In this document: positions 9,549 through 16,994 of the stretch, piece by piece
How the letters are laid out: each line of letters opens with the position of its first letter
How positions within the stretch are numbered: position 1 is the first letter of the stretch
Origin: Vulcanisaeta distributa DSM 14429
GTDB lineage: Archaea > Thermoproteota > Thermoprotei > Thermoproteales > Thermocladiaceae
Length of the DNA stretch: 32,000 bases
Assembly (NCBI RefSeq): GCF_000148385.1
Contig: NC_014537.1
Location: forward strand, 1,950,001 to 1,982,000
Direction of reading: 5' to 3'
Position numbers and translations under genes: made by a program
The notes under the pieces: model-generated
Database searches by the model: none
Seen by the model: only the letters and a program-made list of their open reading frames with translations
Told to the model about the DNA's origin: nothing

Positions 9549-10170
9549 GCCTTACTATGAAGATGAGTGATGGAGCCTTCACATCATCAATGTTAGAGCT
9601 ATTATTAAGTCTATGAAACTCCTCGTCTGGGTACGTAACCCTACTAACTATTAAAATCTCGTGATCATCATTTAATTTACTAATTAGCTCCTTAATCATC
9701 CTCGTGCCCATGAAGACTACCTTAACGTCGGCCTTAACATCATAGTCAATGTCCGGATACGCCATTAATGCAACCACACCCTTTAACTCAATCATGTACT
9801 TAGCTGCGGCTGCCGTAAAACTACTGACCCCCGGCACTATTTCGCAGGGAACGCCATTACGTAGGGCCTCCCTACAAATCTCAATACCCCTACCAAATAT
9901 TACTGGGTCACCATTCTTGAGGAAGACTACGTTAAGCCCTTTCCTGGCTAATTCTATCGCCTTAATTACATACTCCCTGTGCGCATCGCCTCTCACGTGT
10001 CCCATGAATACCTTCCTGGCATTTGGTGCGTATGTGTTTATTATCTCCTCATTAACCAATGAGCCGTAAAATACAACGTCAGCCTTACTTAAGATCTTAA
10101 TAGCCTTCACGGTAATAAGCTCGGGATCCCAAGGACCAGCACCAACAACGTAAATTGGGATAATAATCAC
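9520..10170 (-). CDS. cobA: Uroporphyrinogen-III C-methyltransferase-like tetrapyrrole methylase (precorrin-2/siroheme branch)
   Basis: 216-aa ORF with a GTG start. Motifs are IYVVGAGPWDPELITVKAIKILSKADVVFYGSLV, LKNGDPVIFGRG and IVPGVSSFTAAAA, typical of SAM-dependent tetrapyrrole methylases. The SUMT assignment over other family members rests on context. Confidence 0.7.
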   Translation of the reverse strand: MIIIPIYVVGAGPWDPELITVKAIKILSKADVVFYGSLVNEEIINTYAPNARKVFMGHVRGDAHREYVIKAIELARKGLNVVFLKNGDPVIFGRGIEICREALRNGVPCEIVPGVSSFTAAAAKYMIELKGVVALMAYPDIDYDVKADVKVVFMGTRMIKELISKLNDDHEILIVSRVTYPDEEFHRLNNSSNIDDVKAPSLIFIVRRDRYGDDSA

Positions 10171-10240
10171 CCATTACTTAACTTAGTTAGTTTATGGTAA
10201 TTAAATAATGGTTATTACACATAGCATGTAAAATTTCAGG

Positions 10241-11035
10241 CTATTCTAAAATACTACTGTTGTTCCTTAGTTTTTTAATTTCATGTAATAAAACACAATC
10301 ATGGTAGTTAACTGAGAATTGCATACCTATGCATGACTTCCCACAAAGCGTGCACATGTAAACATAGGCATTACCATCAAGGCCTATGCTAATCACGAAT
10401 TTATCATTACCAATTAGGATTGATGATTTCGTAATTATACCACCATCAATAATCAGCCTACTAATTAAATAATGCATTGCCATGTTAATCACATCGTTAA
10501 GTAAGTCGTACCTAACTAATGACTTTAATTGATCCCTATGCTCAAGTATCATCATCATGACCGTCTTAGGGTCATCAATCATCCTCATGATGCCACTATC
10601 AATGCTCATTAGTGCAGGTAAAACACTTATTATTTTCATGATCCTTTGGCAACAATAGCTCCTTAGGTGCCATTTTTGGCATAGTTTGCTAAAGATAATG
10701 CTTTCATCATCAACGCAATTAAGCGCTAAGCACACGAGTAAACCCTTAACTGTTGATACATATATACCCCTTTCACTATTGGTATCACTAATATTCAACG
10801 GCCTTATTAATCCATACTGAAGCATCCTCTTAGCCTTCTTATACACTGTTGAGATGGCAAACCTCGTATTCTTAGAAATCCTGTATAATGTTATTGGTTC
10901 ATTATAAATAATATAAGCCAATAATTCCCTGGTGGTATCGTCAATGTCCATCTCAGTCAAGAGCCGTTGTCGTAATAATCGAATAGTAATGCCATGATCA
11001 TTAATTGCGGATTTACTCATTAACATAGCATTCAT
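10241..11035 (-). CDS. Putative transcriptional regulator: N-terminal winged helix plus C-terminal Cys cluster (paralog 1)
   Basis: 264-aa ORF. HTH-like LLAYIIYNEPITLYRISKNTRFAISTVYKKAKRMLQYGLI. C-terminal YVYMCTLCGKSC(x11)C, i.e. CxxCxxxC plus a further Cys/His. Full-length similarity to ORF 16995-17801. Confidence 0.65.
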   Translation of the reverse strand: MNAMLMSKSAINDHGITIRLLRQRLLTEMDIDDTTRELLAYIIYNEPITLYRISKNTRFAISTVYKKAKRMLQYGLIRPLNISDTNSERGIYVSTVKGLLVCLALNCVDDESIIFSKLCQKWHLRSYCCQRIMKIISVLPALMSIDSGIMRMIDDPKTVMMMILEHRDQLKSLVRYDLLNDVINMAMHYLISRLIIDGGIITKSSILIGNDKFVISIGLDGNAYVYMCTLCGKSCIGMQFSVNYHDCVLLHEIKKLRNNSSILE

Positions 11036-11074
11036 CAGCTATGTATATATTCAGTTGAATAAATATTGTTTGAT

Positions 11075-11093
11075 TAGTGCATAAAGTGCATTG
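11075..11093 (-). promoter_or_regulatory. Candidate operator upstream of regulator paralog 1
   Basis: The plus-strand TAGTGCATAAAGTGCATTG matches TAGTGCAAAAATTGCATGG at 17822-17840 in 16 of 19 positions. On the coding (minus) strand it lies 8-9 nt upstream of an AT-rich TATA-like box (AATATTTATT). Confidence 0.4.
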
Positions 11094-11124
11094 AGTAACA
11101 TCCCTTATAAATAAATGTATTTAT

Positions 11125-11706
11125 CTAATGATTCTCCTTGGTACTTAGTATGCATGTCATTACGTCTATAGTAACATTAACATTATCACTAAATGAATTG
11201 TTCACCTCAACTAAGTAAATACCTGGGTCAAACCTTTGGGACCACACCACATTATTCACGTCAAAGTAACCAACGAGTATTACATCCTCTGCGTAGTACG
11301 CATTGTCACTTATGGGTTCACCAACCCTCTTTATTAATAGGGTTACGTTACCCAATAGCGTTGTTACAGTAATTAGTGAAATGCCTATGAAGTCCCTGGG
11401 TATCATTATTGGGCAGTAAATAGACTCATGCCTACGTAATTGAAACCCAACTAACCTACATGAGCTAACCATTGATAGGAATTGCCTAATATTCTCCATA
11501 CTCAATGTAGCGAATGGAACCTCAGAAAGGACTTGGGCAATTAACTTAGCAATTTCCCTGGCTTGACTTAATGGTACATGCCTCCTCCTTAACTCATTTA
11601 TACACATCCTCACCTTATCAATCTGCTCATTAGTAACATTAATACCTCGACTCCTAAACTCATCCCTTAATGTCCTAATAACCTCCTCCTCGTAATTACG
11701 AAACAT
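11125..11706 (-). CDS. Hypothetical protein (orf193)
   Basis: 193-aa ORF between the sat operon and regulator paralog 1. It has a helical-looking N-half and a beta-rich-looking C-half (GIYLVEVNNSFSDNVNVTIDV). No recognisable motif. Confidence 0.5.
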   Translation of the reverse strand: MFRNYEEEVIRTLRDEFRSRGINVTNEQIDKVRMCINELRRRHVPLSQAREIAKLIAQVLSEVPFATLSMENIRQFLSMVSSCRLVGFQLRRHESIYCPIMIPRDFIGISLITVTTLLGNVTLLIKRVGEPISDNAYYAEDVILVGYFDVNNVVWSQRFDPGIYLVEVNNSFSDNVNVTIDVMTCILSTKENH

Positions 11707-11765
11707 GATTAAGACCTCAATGAAGAAATATCTCTAGGATTTTAATAAAACCAAGACATTACTCC

Positions 11766-12143
11766 TCACTTCTCTTCGGGCAATGTGGGCGGTGGTAAGT
11801 ACTCCTCCTCCTTGGCAGCTAACTCCTTAATCTTGCTAAGCCTCTCCGGCTTCAATATCTCATCAAAGACCTCCCTACCAATACTCCTTAATTGGGCAAT
11901 AACCTCAAAGAGCTCCCTCTTAAAGGCCACCGGCGTTTCCTCAATGAAGCCCCTGGCATCAATCCTAGCCCTTGGAAACTCCTTTAGGATCCTCTGGGCA
12001 ACGTCGTCAGGAACCTCAAGCTCAATTACCTTAAGGTAACCGCCATATAGATCCTTAATAAACTTCTCCAATGGAGTACCTCTTATCCTCTCGAGTCTCG
12101 TCTTATCTAGTATTACGGAGATCTTGTAGGGCATGCTCATCAC
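11766..12143 (-). CDS. Small charged protein of unknown function, translationally coupled to sat (orf125)
   Basis: 125-aa ORF. Possible starts are GTG 12143, ATG 12140 and ATG 12134, all overlapping or abutting the sat TGA within AAAGAGGTGATGAGCATG (SD-like GAGGTGA). Acidic C-terminus EEEYLPPPTLPEEK. A T-tract (GGTTTTATT on the minus strand) follows the stop. Confidence 0.6.
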   Translation of the reverse strand: MMSMPYKISVILDKTRLERIRGTPLEKFIKDLYGGYLKVIELEVPDDVAQRILKEFPRARIDARGFIEETPVAFKRELFEVIAQLRSIGREVFDEILKPERLSKIKELAAKEEEYLPPPTLPEEK

Positions 12144-13525
12144 CTCTTTAACGGCACCTCCATTGGTGGTACATCAACCTCAAGCTCCCTCTCTTTTAAC
12201 TCGAGGTACTTCTTATTAACGAATGGGTAGCCATAGACCCTCCACCACCTGACAATGACCCTATAGACCTCAGGCCTAAAGATTATTGGCGGTGGCTCTA
12301 TGCCCTCGGCTATCAACCCCCTAATGAAGCTACCACTAAATCTCTGGGCTACATCTGTATGGGCGCACGTGTCGCTATAGGCTATTTCACCGCACTTCGG
12401 GCAGTACCAAAACTCCTTAATGTTAACAGGCCTTATCTTAAGGCCTTTATCTAGGTCATAAGGCGGGGCATTAAGGCCATAACTAGGTAGGCCCCTCTCC
12501 CAGAGTATTTGCGTTGCATATGGATCATAATAGTCGCCCACGGCAGCGTGATCCCTACCAAACATGTGGTGTGTACAACCCATGTTCTGCCTAATGATGC
12601 CGTGCAGTAACGACTCGAGTGGGTTACCATACCTCATGTCCCACAGCGTGAAGGTGACCATGTGCCTCTTCGGGCTTATGTAGCCGTACTTATTCAATGC
12701 CTCGTGACCCTCGAGGATTGCCTCATCGACGAAGTCCCCAAGCCTCTTTGCACCGATTATGGCGTTGACGAGTATTCCATGGCACGGCTCAATATCACCC
12801 AGGTATGCCGCATTCTTCATTAGGTGCTCATGACCGGTGTGCGGCACATTCCTAGTCTGGTGGGCGATCACCGTCCTCCAGCCCCTCCTTTGAATCTCCT
12901 CGCGGGATTTAGCCGGTGGGTACCAGAACCTATTGTATGGCTCCTTAAACACCGGCTCGTTAATCACGTACACCTTACCTGCCAACGCTGTGCCAGTCAT
13001 ACTTCTATATATCAACCAGCCAGGGTGCTTCTCATCAAACCTCTTCTTAACAACCTCTGGATTCCTCTCCGGCGTTCCAAACGTCCTATCGGCCAAGTCC
13101 TTGGGATCGAACCTCCAAATCTCCTCAACATCAAGTATTGCAAACGGTTGTCCCTTGAGCCTAAGCAATAACCTATCGCCCTCCTTAATACCAAGCTTCC
13201 TCAGGTCATCCTCACTGATGTCAAATATTATTGGGAATGGGAATAACCAACCATCGAGGAGTCTCCTCTCCTTAAGTACATTCTCAACCTCATTCCTAGT
13301 CATGAACCTATCCAGCGGGCTGAAGAAGCCATAGGCGATGGACATGATCTCCCTATACACATTCCTAATGGGTAAGCCGCTAATCGGATCCCTGGTTGCC
13401 CTTATGTCGTATGGTATTGCGCCGGCGGCCATGTTAATGACCTTATCCCTATCCCTAATCACCGCATCCACAAGCTTCCCTCCGTGTGGGGGTGGCATGT
13501 AGACCTTAAGACTCATGTGGACCAC
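12140..13525 (-). CDS. sat: Sulfate adenylyltransferase (ATP sulfurylase)
   Basis: 461-aa ORF. Motifs are QTRNVPHTGHEHLMK (HxxH) and GRDHAAVG. The Zn-ribbon-like CPKCGEIAYSDTCAH resembles sites described in thermophilic ATP sulfurylases. Directly downstream of aprA (1-nt gap). An SD-supported alternative start is ATG 13516. Confidence 0.93.
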   Translation of the reverse strand: MVHMSLKVYMPPPHGGKLVDAVIRDRDKVINMAAGAIPYDIRATRDPISGLPIRNVYREIMSIAYGFFSPLDRFMTRNEVENVLKERRLLDGWLFPFPIIFDISEDDLRKLGIKEGDRLLLRLKGQPFAILDVEEIWRFDPKDLADRTFGTPERNPEVVKKRFDEKHPGWLIYRSMTGTALAGKVYVINEPVFKEPYNRFWYPPAKSREEIQRRGWRTVIAHQTRNVPHTGHEHLMKNAAYLGDIEPCHGILVNAIIGAKRLGDFVDEAILEGHEALNKYGYISPKRHMVTFTLWDMRYGNPLESLLHGIIRQNMGCTHHMFGRDHAAVGDYYDPYATQILWERGLPSYGLNAPPYDLDKGLKIRPVNIKEFWYCPKCGEIAYSDTCAHTDVAQRFSGSFIRGLIAEGIEPPPIIFRPEVYRVIVRWWRVYGYPFVNKKYLELKERELEVDVPPMEVPLKR

Positions 13526-13526
13526 C

Positions 13527-15431
13527 TCATGGGAACTCTATTATGTGTATCACGGGCACCTTCCATAACTCCCACTGACCGGTTTTCGCATCATACCTTG
13601 AATTGACGAATACGTGCCAATTCTCATCATCCAGTGCCGGGTAATCCGCCCTAACGTAATAGCCAGGCCACCTAGTCTCCTTCCTAAACAGCATGTGCCT
13701 AACCACGGCCTCCGCAGTCAATATCCTGTGCCACAGCTCCCAAACTCTCATTAATTCATGCCAGTCCTGGGCAGCTGCGTAATTCATGAAGTCCTCCTTA
13801 AGGAACTGCAGTAGTTCCAGCGCCCTGTTGAGCATCCACTCGTTGGTCACGTACATTGTTGACCAACCACCGGCGTACTCATCCATGATCTTCTGAAGCC
13901 TGAACAGGCCCTGCTTCCAGTACATCTTAGTTGGGTCTATTGGATGCATGTAGCTCGGCCCAGTGACAACGTTATACCTACCCTTCTGGTAACGCTCCAG
14001 TGGCTCCATTATCTTGGCTATTAACGAATCAACCTGAGCTCTATCCACCTCAACCTTCTCATCGCTGTGATCCATCACGTATAGTACGGCGGACTTACCC
14101 GCCAACCTACCCTCAGTGAATGAACCACTACTGAACTTGTGCGGATTGGCGCCGCAGGCATCACCTGCACAGAATAAACCATCTAGGGTGGTCATCCTAT
14201 TATAGCCCCAGAAGTACTGGTACCTCCTGTCGTCTGGCAAGCCCTCAATCTTCTTAGGCGCTAAGTCCTCAGGTCCGCTGGCCCATGCACCGCACTCGGT
14301 GGCGTGGCTACCCATCACGTAGGGCTCCGTGGTAATTATCTCATAGGGCCTATCGGCTGGCTCGTGGTTTTGCCCAGCCCATATGACTACCTGGCTTATT
14401 GTCATGTCTAGGAAGTCCTCATAGGCTATCGCCTCGCTTTCAGTACCCTTCTTAACCGTCTCATCAGTCCTCATGAGGCTTGGCCCACGGCCAGCCAACC
14501 ACTCAAGGCGTTGGGCAAATACCCTAAGTGTTGTTGGTGTAATTGGCAAATCAACGTAGTTACCCTTACCGCTATACAGCTTCCTTATCTCATCGACATG
14601 GGGCTTCCAGAAGTCCTGCCCATAGGCATTGCTAATCCTCGTCTTAAGCAATAACTGATAAGCACCAACAGGTCCATAGCCATCCTTAAACCTTGGGACT
14701 ACAAATCTGGCCTCCATCATGGTCATTACGGCGCCGGCCTCGATTAACATGCCGTAGGATGAGGCGGAGGACCATGGTGGGTACCAACTCCTGCCAAGTC
14801 CCTCACCCTGAGACCTAGGCCTATATATCTGTGAACCACCACCTGCGGAGAGTATTACCGCCTTTGCCCTGAATACGTAGAATGTCCCATCATTTACGTT
14901 AAAGCCTACGGCACCAACGACCCTATTGGGATTACTCGGGCTCTTAAGTAGGTGCGTGACCATTACCCTATTGAATATATTCTCGTCACCAAGGGCCTTC
15001 CTGGCTGCCTCAGCTACTATTGGTTTATAGGACTCCCCATGAATCATTATCTGCCACTTACCTTCCCTAACATAGCACCCAGTCTTTGGCTCGGGCCATA
15101 TTGGTAATCCCCACTCATCAAATAAGTGGACTGTTGAGTCGACATGCCTCGCGTAGTCGTAGACCAAGTCCTCCCTAACAATACCCATTAAGTCACCCCT
15201 CACGTACTTAACGTAGTCCTCCACAGTATTCTCCTTGCACTTTAGACCCATGTACGTGTTAATTGCCGATAGCCCCATCGCCACCGCCCCACTCCTGTTT
15301 ATATTCGCCTTCTCCGCCAGCACAATCCTGCAGTTCCTACACCAATACCTCGTCTCCCAGGCAGCCCCACTACCAGCCATTCCGCCACCAATTATTAGTA
15401 TGTCCGCATCTACGTACCTAACCCTAACCAT
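13527..15431 (-). CDS. aprA: Adenylylsulfate (APS) reductase alpha subunit, FAD flavoprotein
   Basis: 634-aa ORF. N-terminal FAD fold DILIIGGGMAGSGAAWE. Fumarate-reductase-like flavoprotein length. 4-nt gap after aprB, with GGGGGTGA SD-like sequence upstream. Confidence 0.94.
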   Translation of the reverse strand: MVRVRYVDADILIIGGGMAGSGAAWETRYWCRNCRIVLAEKANINRSGAVAMGLSAINTYMGLKCKENTVEDYVKYVRGDLMGIVREDLVYDYARHVDSTVHLFDEWGLPIWPEPKTGCYVREGKWQIMIHGESYKPIVAEAARKALGDENIFNRVMVTHLLKSPSNPNRVVGAVGFNVNDGTFYVFRAKAVILSAGGGSQIYRPRSQGEGLGRSWYPPWSSASSYGMLIEAGAVMTMMEARFVVPRFKDGYGPVGAYQLLLKTRISNAYGQDFWKPHVDEIRKLYSGKGNYVDLPITPTTLRVFAQRLEWLAGRGPSLMRTDETVKKGTESEAIAYEDFLDMTISQVVIWAGQNHEPADRPYEIITTEPYVMGSHATECGAWASGPEDLAPKKIEGLPDDRRYQYFWGYNRMTTLDGLFCAGDACGANPHKFSSGSFTEGRLAGKSAVLYVMDHSDEKVEVDRAQVDSLIAKIMEPLERYQKGRYNVVTGPSYMHPIDPTKMYWKQGLFRLQKIMDEYAGGWSTMYVTNEWMLNRALELLQFLKEDFMNYAAAQDWHELMRVWELWHRILTAEAVVRHMLFRKETRWPGYYVRADYPALDDENWHVFVNSRYDAKTGQWELWKVPVIHIIEFP

Positions 15432-15435
15432 GCTC

Positions 15436-15927
15436 TCACCCCCTCACCTCAGCCTTAACAACCTCTGGAACCTTCGTTCTGGGTAGTTCAACGCCGAGCT
15501 TATTACCGCCAAGCTTCTCATGCTCGCAGGATAGGTACGGCGTCCTCAGGAATTCCCTAGGTGGCTCCGGGTATTCCTGCGGTGGCTTTATTGAACCCCA
15601 GGGCGTGGTCCTTATTGGAAATACGAAGTACTTAACCGTGCCATTCCTATACCTAATTGTCCAGTAAACCCTGTTAGTCTTCTCATCCCTGTAAACCTCA
15701 ACGGCACCACCAAGTGGTGTGAAGTCCATGTAGCCCCTTATCTGGACAGCGCCCTGTGGGCAGTGCTTAACGCAGTTGTAGCACTCCCAGCAGGACTCCG
15801 GCTCCGCGTTGTATGCCTTCCTACCGAATATGCCGGACTTCGTGAACCTCATTATGTGACTTGGGCATATGTTAACGCAGTCCCCGCATCCCGTGCACTT
15901 GGCCGGGATTACATAGGAGGGCATGCC
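15436..15927 (-). CDS. aprB: Adenylylsulfate (APS) reductase beta subunit, 2x[4Fe-4S]
   Basis: Ferredoxin motifs CTGCGDCVNICP and CWECYNCVKHCP. I place the start at ATG 15927 (MPSYVIPAKC...), preceded by GGTGGTGGGC and 7 nt after the upstream stop. The track start at 16011 would overlap the upstream gene. Confidence 0.92.
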   Translation of the reverse strand, partial: GMPSYVIPAKCTGCGDCVNICPSHIMRFTKSGIFGRKAYNAEPESCWECYNCVKHCPQGAVQIRGYMDFTPLGGAVEVYRDEKTNRVYWTIRYRNGTVKYFVFPIRTTPWGSIKPPQEYPEPPREFLRTPYLSCEHEKLGGNKLGVELPRTKVPEVVKAEVRG

Positions 15928-15934
15928 CACCACC

Positions 15935-16801
15935 TCATGAGTGCTTCTTTGGGTGACTTGGTACGTGGGACTCAAGCGCCCTCTCAGCCAACTCACCACT
16001 CCACGGGCCAAGTAGCCTAGGCTCTACGCCCTTCCAGGTCCTATACCTATCGTATAACTGCCATATATACATATAAATCGCATGTCCAAACTTCGTCCAA
16101 GGCATTGTGGCGAACATCATGGCCACTAGGAATATGTGGACAGTGAATGCCGTTGCCAATGCGTAGTAATTCAGCGGCATTGTTAATTCAATACCCATTA
16201 GGGCAAAGCCACTCAGTGAGACGAAGAAGGCCGTCCAGAGGAAGAAGTCCGTAACCGCAGGTTCACCGACTGGCCTAGTCCCCTGCCACCTGGCGATCAT
16301 CATGAGTATAAACCCAACAATTATCAAAACACCACCAACGGCGCCGGTGCCTATGACGGCGTATGGACCCATGGGGCCGAGCTTACCACCAGGTATGAAA
16401 GCCACGAGACCAGGTACGTCGCTTGGGACCCACTCATCGTAAATGAAGCCCAGGACTGTTGATATTGCCGCAAACACAAAACCCCACCAAACCAATGCAT
16501 GCGCCACCGCCTTAACCCTGGGCCTCCTTAGGTAAATTGACTGAGTGTGGCATGAGGTCATTGGCGCGCCGTAGAATGGGTATAGAAATGCCGTGATTAA
16601 GCCAGCAATAAAGGCGCCTGCGGAGCCCCAATTCCTCGTTGGACCCTTTATCGGCAGTACCCTGCTTAAGTTTGAAAGGGCTAGCACGCCCCTGCCTATC
16701 TCAATTGCGAAGCCGATAACCATCTCTATAACTAGCGCTATGGCTCCGTAAATTATCCATAGGTGCGGTATTGGTAGGTATAGTTCGATCATCAACCTCA
16801 T
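15935..16801 (-). CDS. Polytopic membrane protein, NarI/DsrM/HdrE-like (cytochrome-b-like), first gene of the apr-sat operon
   Basis: 288-aa ORF with about 6 hydrophobic helices. The last helix, TVHIFLVAMMFATMPWTKFGHAIY, shares H-x17-H spacing and the PWxK..H motif with the DsrM ORF (LAHVILAMIFIAYFPWGKMMHLF). 7-nt gap to aprB. Confidence 0.7.
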   Translation of the reverse strand: MRLMIELYLPIPHLWIIYGAIALVIEMVIGFAIEIGRGVLALSNLSRVLPIKGPTRNWGSAGAFIAGLITAFLYPFYGAPMTSCHTQSIYLRRPRVKAVAHALVWWGFVFAAISTVLGFIYDEWVPSDVPGLVAFIPGGKLGPMGPYAVIGTGAVGGVLIIVGFILMMIARWQGTRPVGEPAVTDFFLWTAFFVSLSGFALMGIELTMPLNYYALATAFTVHIFLVAMMFATMPWTKFGHAIYMYIWQLYDRYRTWKGVEPRLLGPWSGELAERALESHVPSHPKKHS

Positions 16802-16994
16802 ATTACTTTAGTTAAAAAATTATTTATTCCACATAGATTGTGAAAGCTTATATTATGCATGTAAATTATTATATATAATAATGAATATGAATGAATATAA
16901 TATTAATTCTTTATTAACACGAATAAATAATTATATTATGCCAATTTTTCTTATAAATATTAGTAATTTTTCTAAGATAAAACATAAATAATGA
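16802..16994 (-). promoter_or_regulatory. AT-rich promoter region of the membrane gene-aprBA-sat operon
   Basis: 193-nt AT-rich spacer. On the minus strand GGAATAAATAATTTTTTAAC ends about 15 nt before the ATG at 16801, a TATA-like box compatible with a short or absent leader. Confidence 0.4.

Noticed and set aside
12824-13334. Plus-strand ORFs of 115 and 133 aa, and a 60-aa minus-strand ORF, inside sat
   Set aside because: They are antisense or out of frame relative to a full-length ATP sulfurylase with HxxH and GRD motifs. There is no independent support.
15928-16011. N-terminal 28-aa extension of the aprB ORF (MARGVVSWLRG...)
   Set aside because: It would overlap the upstream membrane gene by 77 nt. 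ATG 15927 is preceded by GGTGGTGGGC and gives the canonical AprB N-terminus just before the first CxxCxxCxxxCP motif.
16880-16905. Micro-repeat AATGAATATGAATGAATATAAT in the apr promoter spacer
   Set aside because: It is too short and low in complexity to separate from AT-rich slippage. I noted it only as a possible protein-binding region inside the promoter feature.
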